Part shown: piece after piece, positions 12,544 to 23,810 of the stretch
Layout of the letters: each line of letters starts with the position of its first letter
Position numbering within the stretch: position 1 is the stretch's first letter
NCBI GenBank assembly: GCA_013265495.1
Contig: MU058718.1
Span: forward strand, 124,001 to 188,000
DNA: 64,000 nt
DNA from: Vicugna vicugna
Taxonomy: Eukaryota
Direction: 5' to 3'
Notes under the pieces: model-generated
Databases searched by the model: none
The model's input: only the letters and a program-made list of their open reading frames with translations
What the model was told of the DNA's origin: nothing
Program-made: the position numbers and the translations under genes

Positions 12544-12609
12544 GAAACATTCATATATTATACAGAAAACATTCATAGTTTATTTGGGAAACATTCATAT
12601 CTTACACAG
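12544..12609. repeat. 3 x 22-bp degenerate tandem repeat spanning the proximal FBXO34 poly(A) signal
   Basis: gaaacattcatatattatacag / aaaacattcatagtttatttgg / gaaacattcatatcttacacag, exact 22-nt period. Confidence 0.85.
12579..12584 (-). terminator. Probable poly(A) signal of FBXO34
   Basis: TTTATT on + (AATAAA on -), about 790 nt downstream of the FBXO34 stop codon, with TGTA elements upstream on the - strand. Confidence 0.6.
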
Positions 12610-13371
12610 GATGTACAAATTTAAGACGAGACAAGAAAACAAAAACCACACAACTGTAGCTGCAACACTATCCTAGCTGCATTGTGATTATGTTGTTCAG
12701 TCTCAGCCGTCCACTATTTACAACTGGATTTTAATGGTGTTATTTACAGAGGGGCCAAAAGCACTCATCTAAAGTAAAGGCGCTCGGGTTTAATGTGCAC
12801 TTTCATAGCCCTATGAAAACACAACCATTATATACACTGTAAACACCACAGGGCATGAAATCCATCTCCAACCACAAACATCAATCTCACAAATCACGCA
12901 CACAAGGTCCAAGTTAAGGTGCCCGAATTCCTCTGTAAGCACACTTCTCATCCAAGAGTACTGCCGTTCTTCTCACAGGACACTGTTCACTTATTTCAAA
13001 CACGATGACAGTGCTCAGAACATTCCTGGAACCCCTTCTGGGGGACTGCCTGCATATTCAGCAATGAACTCTTCTGAACATTCTGGACGGTGGCAAGTCC
13101 TCACCCTCTGAGGAAGGATGTGATCTGGGAAAACAGCATAGTTATTCACAGCCCAGTGACTCACACTGCGGGCTACCCCCTGGACCAAACACGCGGTACT
13201 GCTGTAAAACAACGAGAGTGATGCTCCTGCACAGCTCGTCAGACACCTGAGCGGTGGCCGTCCAGATGGGGTGAGCAGAGGCTCCTGGAGTGGGGCTCAG
13301 AGAGGTAGCACCCACTGCAATGGGCGGTGTCCTGCAGCTTTAAAAACCAGCCCATCACCTCGCACACGGAC

Positions 13372-15507
13372 TCAGTACTCCTCTTCGGCTTCAGTCCCTT
13401 TTGATTTCTTGTGGATTGCCCGATTGAAGCTGTGGCAAGCCGGGACCCAGTGATTGTCATGAAGCCCCAGCTTACAGCCAGGGAAGCCCTTCTGAGACCG
13501 GTGGCAGCACATCCAGTATCCTGGACCATAGGGCAACGCCTGGCAATAGGGCTTAGGGTGCCACCGGCACAGGGACACGTCCCCTTTCACATACTTCTTC
13601 TTGCACTGCTTGCACGGGTCCTCTCTATAGCGTGGATCCCGAACCCAGCGAGAATCTGCTGGCCTGATATTGTAATATTCAATGATAAACTTGAAATAGC
13701 AGCAGGTACATTTAAGAGCCACTAAACTCTTAGTGGGAAGTAACCTGAAGATTTTCACCATAATGTGGTGGGGCAGAAACGCCATGTACTGCTGAGGCTC
13801 CAAAAGCTGCTGGATTTTAAATCTGGTCTCCAGAAAGTCATGTGACACCTGCTTCTTCCAACTGGACGCCTCAAGCACTGGTAACGTACTTTCCACAGGA
13901 GGGGCCGGGGGGACAAATGAATCCACTGAAAGCCTTTTTTCCCCGGACGCACTGTCACCCTCAGCAGCATCTTCAAGCTGACTGGCCCCAGAAGGCTCTT
14001 CTGTTGTGCTTTCGCTCAACTGGGAACAGCCCGACTGGTGCTGACCAGGAGCCAAAAAAAACAACATCCCTGGAAGCGGGTCTTCGCAGGATTTTAAACT
14101 AGAAGCCTGCTCTTTCTCTACCTTGGACACAGTGATGCTAATACACAAAGATTCTTTTCTTCTCTGATCAGGATTTTGGTTAGTAAGTGGCACAAGCTCT
14201 TGACTCATACGATCAACAGCATCTGTGGGCAATTCGATGGCTTGGGGAGAGGTGCGAGGAGGAAACAGTGACCCGACAGGTTCCTCTGTCATTTCCACGT
14301 CGTATCTATTGCTGCTTTCCCCGGCAGTCTGCTGATCTGGCTGCAATCCTGCACTGTCCGTGTGGAAACTCACGTCTGTGGGCAGTGGGGCGCAGCCCCG
14401 AGGAGCGCTGTCCCAGGCCTGGTCCCCCTGAGGAGAGCAACGGTCAGCTCTCAGGGGGCCACAGTCCACAGACCCCACAGGATTCGCCTGAGTGTCAGGC
14501 ACCTCCAAGGCGCCTTTGTTTGCTCTGCTTTCATCAGCCTGAGTGCCACTCACAAGCAGCACGCGGCCTACGCTGCGACGGAAGCTGTTACTCCTCGAGA
14601 GGCTCCCGGGCTCCCGCTGGCTCTGTTGCTTCAGGCACTCGGACTCCAGCCTGGCCACCATGTCGAGGACGCGGACCGGCTCGCTCTGTGGTTCACCAAC
14701 CTCAGGATTCCTCCTTTCCATGGGTTCTTCACATGCCCCTGGAGCAGAGAAGGGCTCAGAGGCTGGGGGCACACCCCTGGATTGGCCAGAAAACCTCACA
14801 ACGGCAGGTGAGTTAGTGCAGTTTTTCGCACAACTGGCTAGCAGAGTACTGGCTCTTTGCTCGAGGAAGGCAACCATCTGGATGACTGACAGAGGCCTCC
14901 CGGCATAGACACTGTCCCCGCTGTCACTCACATAATGCACAGAACAGTGCTCAATGCCACACGCAAAAGGCTCAGGCTGGTAGCACCTGCTGTTGACTTC
15001 CTTCATCCTTTCCAACTGTATCTTGGCTTTTTTAAGATCCCCTGATTTTTTCCTTCTTTTAGTAGCTCTCCCGTCAATATCCCAGGAGCTTTTTATTTTC
15101 ATAGATCCTATTCTATTGCTACACTGGTGGGCTGCAAAGAATGCGATCTTCTCCTTAGTATTTCCTGGTTTCACAACAGCCCAGATATCAAGTGGCCCTT
15201 CCCCTTCTTCGCCCTGGTGGATTGTTGCAGATGGTGCATTCTTCTTGGTTTTAACACTCAAGCTGCTCTCTACGGGACTCTTCCCACTCATACTGCACAG
15301 AACATTTGGAGACAGGACCCCAAAAGGCTCTCGAGATGATACTTTACCAAGAGAGGCTGAAGCAAAGACACTTGGTTTCATGCAGCTAGCTTTGAGTTTT
15401 TCATCATTTATAGCCTCCTGGTGGCTCATAGGAGTTCTCAGAGTTTCTGTGCTGATTTCCAGAGGTCGCACTTTCTTCTGCAGTTTCCAATATGGCTTTA
15501 GGTGCAT
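13372..15507 (-). CDS. FBXO34: F-box only protein 34, complete single-exon CDS, 711 aa
   Basis: Uninterrupted ORF starting MHLKPYWKLQKK at ATG 15507, with a C-terminal F-box (YMAFLPHHIMVKIFRLLPTKSLVALKCTCCYFKFIIEYY, ~13666-13788) and ending ...GTEAEEEY*. Length and sequence match recalled human FBXO34, and the convergent position next to ATG14 matches known mammalian synteny. Confidence 0.96.
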   Translation of the reverse strand: MHLKPYWKLQKKVRPLEISTETLRTPMSHQEAINDEKLKASCMKPSVFASASLGKVSSREPFGVLSPNVLCSMSGKSPVESSLSVKTKKNAPSATIHQGEEGEGPLDIWAVVKPGNTKEKIAFFAAHQCSNRIGSMKIKSSWDIDGRATKRRKKSGDLKKAKIQLERMKEVNSRCYQPEPFACGIEHCSVHYVSDSGDSVYAGRPLSVIQMVAFLEQRASTLLASCAKNCTNSPAVVRFSGQSRGVPPASEPFSAPGACEEPMERRNPEVGEPQSEPVRVLDMVARLESECLKQQSQREPGSLSRSNSFRRSVGRVLLVSGTQADESRANKGALEVPDTQANPVGSVDCGPLRADRCSPQGDQAWDSAPRGCAPLPTDVSFHTDSAGLQPDQQTAGESSNRYDVEMTEEPVGSLFPPRTSPQAIELPTDAVDRMSQELVPLTNQNPDQRRKESLCISITVSKVEKEQASSLKSCEDPLPGMLFFLAPGQHQSGCSQLSESTTEEPSGASQLEDAAEGDSASGEKRLSVDSFVPPAPPVESTLPVLEASSWKKQVSHDFLETRFKIQQLLEPQQYMAFLPHHIMVKIFRLLPTKSLVALKCTCCYFKFIIEYYNIRPADSRWVRDPRYREDPCKQCKKKYVKGDVSLCRWHPKPYCQALPYGPGYWMCCHRSQKGFPGCKLGLHDNHWVPACHSFNRAIHKKSKGTEAEEEY

Positions 15508-15517
15508 AACAGAGGTT

Positions 15518-15545
15518 CTAAGGAAGGAAATACACATTTGATTAA
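15518..15545 (-). promoter_or_regulatory. 3' splice acceptor of the FBXO34 coding exon
   Basis: The - strand reads cttaatcaaatgtgtatttccttccttAG|aacctctgttATG: branch-like cttaat, a polypyrimidine tract and AG at 15519-15518, leaving 10 nt of 5'UTR before the ATG. Confidence 0.85.
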
Positions 15546-18488
15546 GATACTGATTTCATTTTTTAGAAAAGTTTTTTTTTAAACTTACATTCTCATGATT
15601 CTAGGAAATAACAGAAACATTTTCTACCAGTTCCCTAAAACTTTAACAACTCTCATTTCAGCTAGTTTTAATGTACATAGATCAAGCATAACAAAAGCAA
15701 AATAACCTCTTTCCATGGAGTACAGGCTAGAAAATAAATAGGTGAAGTTCAAACTGACTAGACCAAGTGAATTTTAGAAACTGATTATTAGTTAACATTC
15801 TATACATAAAATCTGTCCATTAAATGTAAAGAAATTTGAACTCATTGAAAACATTCCAGTCAGTACAAGGCACAGTATAGAAGAAATGAAAGTATAAGAG
15901 GAACCCATCCAGAATCCCTAGTAGGTTAACACTATTTCTAAGTCATCACAACTAGCATTTTATTGTTCTCAAAACAGTCTATCAAAATTGTTATAATGCT
16001 TTCCAAGTTATTCCCATACTGTTGAATATTTAGATGTTTACAATTCTCATTATCTACTTACATACTTTGCCCATCTATTAGCCTTCATTTTCTAACCAAT
16101 CTACTTGTATATGCTCTTAGCTGTCAGATTTTCTGCAAATATCATTTTTTCTGCAAATATCTTAAATCAAATACAGAAACCACAGTATCACTCATCAGCT
16201 AGACATGGTGATTTTTACCTTGGACAAGTCACTTCCTCTCTGGGTCTGAGATTAACAGAGGGGTTGGAATACTACTACCTAATGATTTTGTCAAAATATC
16301 TCACTGCTACACAGAACACCCTAGACTGAGGAAAAAGTGTTTTGTAGAGATGCCTGGTCTACAAAATAAACCTACAGACCAAAATAAACATCTACAGTCA
16401 CAGATTAGTGGGAGTAAGGAAAAGCAAGAGCTTTCACAGGTCTAAGCCCATGGGCTTCACCTACTCTTGGCTCCTGGTGACACAGTCTAAAACACACACA
16501 CTGGGCAATCCAGCACATTCCCTTTTCATTCGCTCCATAGCATTTACCCAGTGCCTGCACACTGTGGCAGCCTGCATGGTATGCAGTAACTGCTTTCAGG
16601 TATCAGTTTTAATCACCAAGAGTGAAAATAATTATCCGTAACAAATTTACCTTTCATTTCAACTTTTAATTCCTAGAGTCCAGTCTCAGCTAAAAGGAGA
16701 AATATGGATACGAATACCTTCTAGCTAGGTAAAGCAAAATCTTACTTTTAAGGCACACCAAGTATCTTTAAGAAGATAACTCTGAAATAGGTCAGACTGA
16801 TTTGTTTCTGATCTTTGGTGATTTATATCCTTAATCTTTAGAGATCTTCCCCCTTTCTGCACTATAGCATTTTTAATAGCTTTATATTCTACACAATACA
16901 GAATCATACATTCTACAATTCAATCTTACAAAAAGAGCCACCCAGATTTCTTCAAGAACAAGATGGAGGTATATGGCTAAAATAAACAAATAAATGAATA
17001 AAAGAGACACATCCAGTGCTGTCTGTGTCGATGATTTTCGGGGTTTTTCATATCCCTTCAACCCTTCTCTAAGTGAAATGTAAGAAATGGAGGCTGTTGA
17101 AAAATCCAATTAATTCTCACATAATGATCTCATAACAGAATGTCTGTGAATAAATTTAAACTTCAGCAATGTGTGTGCCATTCTGCATTGCACAATATGT
17201 TCTCTTCACCTTCCTCCCCCACACATTATTTTAGGTGCTATTATTGATAGACAGGGACATTAGGAGGAAACTAATGTGATTACAGAAAGCTTTTGTTTGC
17301 TTTTATTAACCTGTAAAGTAAGCTCAACTGACACATTACTAATAGACAAGGTTTTAGCAGGATTAAAATAGATGATCCCAAGGAACAGAAGTGAGGAAGG
17401 GTACAAGAGGGGGAAAAAAGCCAGTAAGGTCATTTGATACAACCAGGGTGACTGTGGAGGCAGGCCCTGAAGAAAGCAGAACCTCTAGGCACAGACTCGC
17501 TTAACCCGCTGGTTAAAGCATGTCTGGGATATTACCCTCTCTTCCCTTCCTTTGCCGGGCTTAAAGGCTCTGAGACAGAAAATAGAAAAGTGCTGGCAAG
17601 ACTTAGAGACATTGCAAAAATCTGAGTTTTGGTTGAAATCAGTAGTGGACCAGGAAGACATGACGCAGAGCATCAGGAGCATCTACTACAGAAATCCATG
17701 AAATAAAAACTTCACATCTCTAACAGATTACACTAGATGGTGGCACTTTCCTCACCCTCACCCCCCCCACCCCCTCACTCCCTCACACAGGCACTGCAGA
17801 AGGCTCCAGCCAGGTTTCCATGGTTGCCAATCTCTTCTCACAATTGTATTTTAAAAGTTCACAATAATAAAGTCCTACTTCTTTGCAATTAAATAAAATG
17901 CAGGGTTATAGCACCTACCCACAAATGAGTGTTCATTAGATGGCTCAAAAATCTCCTTTAAAAAAAATCAAGATCCCTGGGCCCACTGAATCAGAATTTC
18001 TGGGATGGGCCAAGAATCTGTTTGAACCTTAGATTCAATTTGGAAAGGGCTTTAAAGCTCACGTGTTAGACCTCATGTAAGTGTCTGTGGGGTTCTGGAT
18101 ATGGGCTGGGGCACTGTGCTCTGGACAGGGGTGAGGAGGAACTGCCCAACAAAAAGCCAAGCACACCATCCACACTGAAGCATCTACTCTTTAACAGCTG
18201 GGTAAAGACAGACCCATTTTCTTATGTGTTATTCTCTTTAAAATACACACCAAAAAAATAAATAAAAATCAATAACCATGTTATTGCTAAGTTTCCTCTT
18301 CAACTCCAACTAACTCCTCAGTTTCTCTGACACTGCTTTTCTAGCTCTCTTCTCTTCTTCCCCAGCTCTGAAACACTGCTGTGTTCCTCAGAATTCTTCC
18401 TTTTTCTAGACCATTATTACTCTTGAGCGATATATCTAAGTGATCTCATAGCTGGAACGACCACACACTGATGACTCTGCAATGGTGT

Positions 18489-19002
18489 TGTAAAGGAAAA
18501 AAATGTCCCTGCCCTATCAGTAAACAAAGGACGTTGCAGCCACCAAGTCATCAGCCACTACCAGTGGTGAGCCGGAGGAACTCAGGATGGAGACAAGCAG
18601 GCTGCCCACTGCCAAGTCCTCAGCCTCTACAGCCACCCCTAGGGGTGCATTCAGAGGGGACTCAGGATTGGGGAAGAACAAGATACTGGCCCTAGATAGC
18701 TAAGGTGCATATCAAAGGAATGATTTCAATGAGCCCAGACTTTTGCACCTTCCCATACATAGAAAACCGCTAAATTCCTTAACTTGAGATACCTGGTTTT
18801 CTTTAATTAACAGCAGTAATCTTTTGATGTTTCAACTACCTAGTCTTTGCTGCAAAGACTCCTATGTCCCAGCTTCTCCCCGACCTCTTCAGAACTGTCT
18901 CTTAGATCTGAGAGTACCTCCCTGGCTTGAAGTCCTCAGAAAATCCACCTCAATAAAACATAACTCTCGACTTTTAGGTTGTGCATTTTTTTTCAGTCGA
19001 CA
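18489..19002 (+). mobile_element. Solo ERV LTR (ERV1-type by its 4-bp TSD), inserted into an old L2-like fragment
   Basis: Begins TGTAAAGG and ends CAGTCGACA, flanked by a GTGT duplication (18485-18488 and 19003-19006), with AATAAA at 18952-18957. Confidence 0.85.
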
Positions 19003-21602
19003 GTGTGCTCTCTCAAACTTCACATCCTATAGCCTGCCTGACAGACACATCCACACATCCTATAGCCAGGATGTCAAAAAGGATCCCCAAAAACAACATG
19101 ACTAGTTAATGACAGCATCAAGTACCTAGCCAACCAAGTCAGAAAGTCGAGTCACTTCGATGCCTCCTCTCTGACCCCCACCATCCAATCACCAAGTCAC
19201 CAAAATGGCTGGTTTCCTCATCCTGTTCATCCCGAGCACAACCTCTCCAGTTTAAGCAGCCATATCTTATCTCTGCTACACTGCTGTTACCTACAGGAAA
19301 GCCTAACCTCTTTATTAATGAGAGGCAAGTTCATGGAGCCCACCTCAGCCAACCTGTCAGCTTTACTCCTGCCACACTACCATAATTCATTTGGAAACTT
19401 GTTCACAACTAATACCACAGGACTAGGTAGATGAAGGCCAATCATATGACTTAAGATATAAAGTATAAGGCAGTCAGAACCATAAAACTAACAAAACTAA
19501 CAAAAGAACTCACATTTCTTTCATACTGCCACCCATTTCTTCCTATCCATTTATTATGCGAACTTTACTAAACACTGGGCTGGATATTACCAGTGCAATT
19601 ATGAGTAAGACATAGTTGCTGCCCTTAAGTAGACAGAAAATTAAAGGATGTATAAGGATAGTTATCAGGATAGTACAGGTGCTGGGACAGTCCATGAGGG
19701 GAGCAGGTGGGCGGGATGGGACAGGAAGGGAAGGGGTGTGCGAAGGGAGGAGAGGGGACCACCAGCACCAAGATTAATCTTGAGGGTATAGAAATAGGTC
19801 AGAAAAGCCCTGAAGGAAGATAAACAAAGACTTAAGAGGTTCAAAAGTATACGATTTAATCAAAGTCCCAGCTAAGGTGAACAGACAAGTAAACGGATTA
19901 GTAAGGAAGAAAAGACAGGATTTTAGCTACTGATTTTTAAAGTTGAGGGAGAGTAGTCAAGAATGGGTCCTCATGGCTGCAGCAATAGGAGGAAGTGGTA
20001 CCTTTTAGTGAGATGGTGACAAAGGAAGCTAAGCAGATGTAGAGCGGGGAAGAAGACGTAAGGTCAGTTTTAAGAAATGCTGCATGCAAGATAGAGATAT
20101 CTAGTATGCAGACTGACACAAGTCTGGCCAAGAGAAATAAGAGGAAAGGAACAAGACAGCTGTGACAGAAATTCAATGAGAAAAAAGTTTTCTGGACTGA
20201 GATTACAGATGTCTTTTCCCAAATTTTTCACAATGAACATATACTGCATATATTACTATTATAATCAGGAAAACTTCTATAAAAGTAAGAAGCAATCATT
20301 TTTATACCCTACAACAAGGTCCAGTTAGTGATGGAGACGCCTGGTGACTCTGCTGTGAGAACTGCAGTGCGTGAGTAGGGCAGAGCCAAAAATTCATGGT
20401 TTAGGAGTGAATGGAAGTTGAAAAAAGTAAACCTGAGCAAATGAAATGTGGCTTTAAATGAGGAAGTCTGTACCTGTCTGTCATCTTAAATTCCCCCCAG
20501 GAATAAGGTGAGATACAACAGTGAATCAATTAAAATTTGAACAACTTTCCCCCAGTAAAGGCCAAAATCTTGCTTGCAAATAATTCCAGTATTCTTTGAC
20601 ACTTCTGATTTCGGCTTAAAAAAGCTGGAAACACTCTAAATATACTGTACAATCCCCAAGTGAAACCATGGAAGAGAATTTAACTTTGCTTAGGGGGAGA
20701 AAACAGTGCTTGAATAAATGCTTAAGTCTAAAGAGTCATACTAACTTTGGTCTATGGAGGAGTGAACCTGTTCAATGAGGAATCAAATGGCAATAGGGGT
20801 TAGACTAGGGGAGAGGATGAGACTTCCAGTGCTAATAGGCATAGTGCTAAAAAGGCAGCCCAACATCAAAGGCAGATGCCTGTTTTCTAACTTGTCACTC
20901 TTCAACTATGGCCTGTCCTGTCCAAACAGGTTAGAAGATAAGGTTTGTCCTGTTTTTTCCTGCTGTATTAAAGGTACAAGAATGCTTTTCAAAGAGAAGT
21001 ATTTTATTGCCAGAACAGGAGCTACTCTTTATTTACAAAAGGTCAGAGGAATAAAAATAGAAAAGTCCCTGATAGACTCTTCAGTTGATACCTCAGAGGG
21101 AGGAAAAAAGTATACAGCAAATAAAAATTCACTGTTTCTTTAAAAATGTAAAAGCTTCCGAAGCACATCTTATGACCTCCTTCTTCACTGGACCATTACA
21201 GAAATTTCAGCAAAGTACTGCACATAAATATAATGAAATCCTCGTGTTTTGCAAGTGAGGTGGCAGAGCTAAAATGACTTTTGAAGCCCCACAGGTAGAT
21301 AGTGATAGAATTAAGAGCAGAATTAAATAAGCTCTCCTGGATCTATATTTTCCTTACTTCAGAAAAAGGGGAGACAAGCATGTAAAAATCCTAGGTTCAA
21401 TTATGACACAAATAAAATTAAATAATTCTGACAGCATCTATTCAAAGAGCTTTTATCTTTCAAATTGGGTCAGTTTTTCTTCAGTGCCACATAAAACTTC
21501 TACACAGAACTGTGGTGAATTAAAGCAGACGTAACATACCACGTAAGAAGCCGCACTAATCTAAATGTAGAAACTGCTTCTATGGCTATTAAAGTAAAAA
21601 AG

Positions 21603-21629
21603 AAAAAAAAAAAAAAAAAAAAAAAAAAA
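21603..21629. repeat. Poly(A)27 tract
   Basis: 27 consecutive A, with no adjacent recognisable SINE body or TSD. Confidence 0.95.
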
Positions 21630-21908
21630 CCAAGACCAGGAGGCTGTGAATATAGGCAGAGGCGTAAGAAATGAATCTTATAAGCCTCTAAGCACTGACA
21701 GACTACATCCAACTTCAAAGTACCTTAACAATAAAACATAACAAACCAAGCCAGAAAATTTGCTCAAACTGTTATAAATTATTAAGTAACAGTTGGGAAC
21801 ATAGACAAATACTATGTATTTGTATGTATGTAGTGTAATACTACAGTATTAGGTTTTGTTAAATTTTAAATAAAGTACACTGAGTGTTACCAAGAAAATT
21901 TTGCTTCT

Positions 21909-21936
<28 letters not shown>
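21909..21936. repeat. (TG)14 microsatellite
   Basis: Read directly from the sequence. Confidence 0.95.
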
Positions 21937-21941
<5 letters not shown>

Positions 21942-21944
21942 TTC

Positions 21945-22239
21945 TTCGCTGGAAAAAAACAAATGCACAGTTGAACTTCCAAAGATTACTGCTAATCCCA
22001 AAGAAAAGACATCTCAAGTTAATGATTTCAGTGCTTTTCTGTGTATGGGAAGATGTAAGAATCTGTGTTCACTGACTATCCAGGGCCATGCATCCAAAAC
22101 ACAGAATGCTTCCTGTTTTTCTCTAACCTTAATTCCCCTCAGGGTGCACTGCAGTGGCTAGCGGCTTGATCTTGTAGAAGGGGAATGGCAGCAGCATTCT
22201 TAGTTTACACTTATTTTTCCTATTCTAGTATTTCTTACA
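21945..22239 (-). mobile_element. Internally deleted LTR related to the 18489-19002 LTR, in opposite orientation
   Basis: Its reverse complement starts TGTAAG and shares ordered blocks with 18489-19002: gtaaac, ggccctRgatag, cttcccatacaYagaaaa...ttaacttgagat, agcagtaatcttt...ttcaact, tgtgcattt. The 3' boundary is approximate. Confidence 0.8.
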
Positions 22240-23579
22240 GAAAACAAAGGAAAAGAAAATCTACTCTTTCAAAGAAAACTGTTATTTCCTTGAGTTGATG
22301 CTTTTTTTAAAATTTTGAAACCATTCTTCCATATATGCTTTTATATAAATGGAGATATATATATATTTAACATTTTTGCACATGCAGTACAGTACCTTCA
22401 AAGAACTAATCAGAGCTTTAACATATGCCCTATTCCACCAAAATGTAACTTGGACATTAAGATGTCATACCCTTTAGGGAATAAATGTTAAAGATTTTGA
22501 GGCCAGCCATCAACACAGTTCAGAAATCCACTAGGTGCCAGATAACATCTGATATGAAAAATAAGAGAACAGCTACTAATTCTAGGATGTAAACGCAACC
22601 CCACACCGTGGTATCTGCCAATGTACTCACACCACTGGGTTGGGCCTCGATCTCAGCAAAGCACCTAACACAGCCCACTGGGCACAAGCTGGCCCATTCA
22701 CACCATTAGAGACAACTAAATTTTAAAATGGCTTGTCCCTCAGGAAGGAAAAAAAAGGTAAAAAAGTAAAAATTCAAGGTAACAAATATTAAAGCACCAA
22801 ACAAAATAGTTTACTTGCATTATCAATGCAGACAAATGAGCTGGCAAGTTAAGATTTTTGTCAGCAATCCTGGGCAGGAGTGGAAGAGGTGGGAGATTAC
22901 TTTAGAAATAGAACCACGGTGTTTATCAAAGAAATAAATCCTAAATTACAGTCTTGACTGTGCCCAGCTGCTTAGTAACTACCTCCATTCTACTACATTC
23001 CTCTGGAATCTGTTGAACCAAGACTAAAGTAGCAGTCTGCACTCAGTGGTTAAGGTTTCCTTTGTTAAGAATTACCACTCGTAAAGAAATGAAGTTTATG
23101 TTCAATAGAAATCTGAAAAAGTTGTTGCTTTGGAGTTGTTTTTAGAGCTTAGCAAAGCCAGTCTAAATATTGAAGTTAAAAATGAGTATTTCCCAGGAGT
23201 AAATGTGAGAAGTCTACACTACAGAAAACCAAACATTAGGCACTAAGGAGCTCAAACTGTCATGTAATTGGACAAAAATCACATACTGGGTTTTATTTAC
23301 TTGTATAAGACTTCTCATATAAAACTAATCCTTGAGTACACAGGAGGTCTGTCTTCATCTTTGTTAACTCTGAAGCCAATCCCACTCTGTAGAATGTAAC
23401 TAAACCTGGAAATTCTAAAGCCAAATAGGAAGAAAGGTAATGGTTTACAACAAGGTATACAGAACAATTTCAGGGTAAACTCTGGGCATTGTTTTTATGC
23501 CTAGGGAAAGAAACCAGTGTAGAACTAGAGGTAAAAGATACAAACAAGTGAAACTAGAACAATCTGTTCTCACTCTGGG

Positions 23580-23810
23580 ATAATAATAGCTCTAACAGCT
23601 CTAAAATGTTTACTGTGTGCCAGGCATTGTTCTAAGCTCATAATCACCCCCTAAAAAGCATAAGAATTGTATACTCTTATTATCACCAATTGTTGATAAA
23701 GAAACAAAAGCAGAGGAAAGTTAAGCAACTTGCCAAGAACACACAACTAGAACATCAAGGAGCCTGGACATGCACACAGGCTCCAAAGGCTAGCTCCTAT
23801 CTACCACATT
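23580..23810 (-). mobile_element. MIR SINE (degenerate)
   Basis: tttactgtgtgccaggcattgttctaagc ... gaggaaagttaagcaacttgccaag matches the reverse complement of the MIR core. Confidence 0.6.

Noticed and set aside
12544..12609. CRISPR-like repeat-spacer appearance
   Set aside because: This is mammalian DNA with only three 22-bp units, the 'spacers' resemble each other, and there are no cas genes. It is an ordinary tandem repeat.
15508..15537. ORF-track start MCISFLRTSV giving a 721-aa FBXO34
   Set aside because: The ATG at 15537 lies upstream of the splice acceptor, beside the polypyrimidine tract, so it is intronic. The ATG at 15507 gives the expected 711 aa.
13411..15541. Overlapping and antisense ORFs over FBXO34 (for example 14993-15541 +, 14187-14816, 14362-14811)
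   Set aside because: These are shadow frames of a GC-rich coding exon, with no recognisable domains and mostly non-ATG starts.
21603..21629. Poly(A)27 as the tail of a retrocopy or SINE
   Set aside because: No TSD and no recognisable upstream element or ORF.
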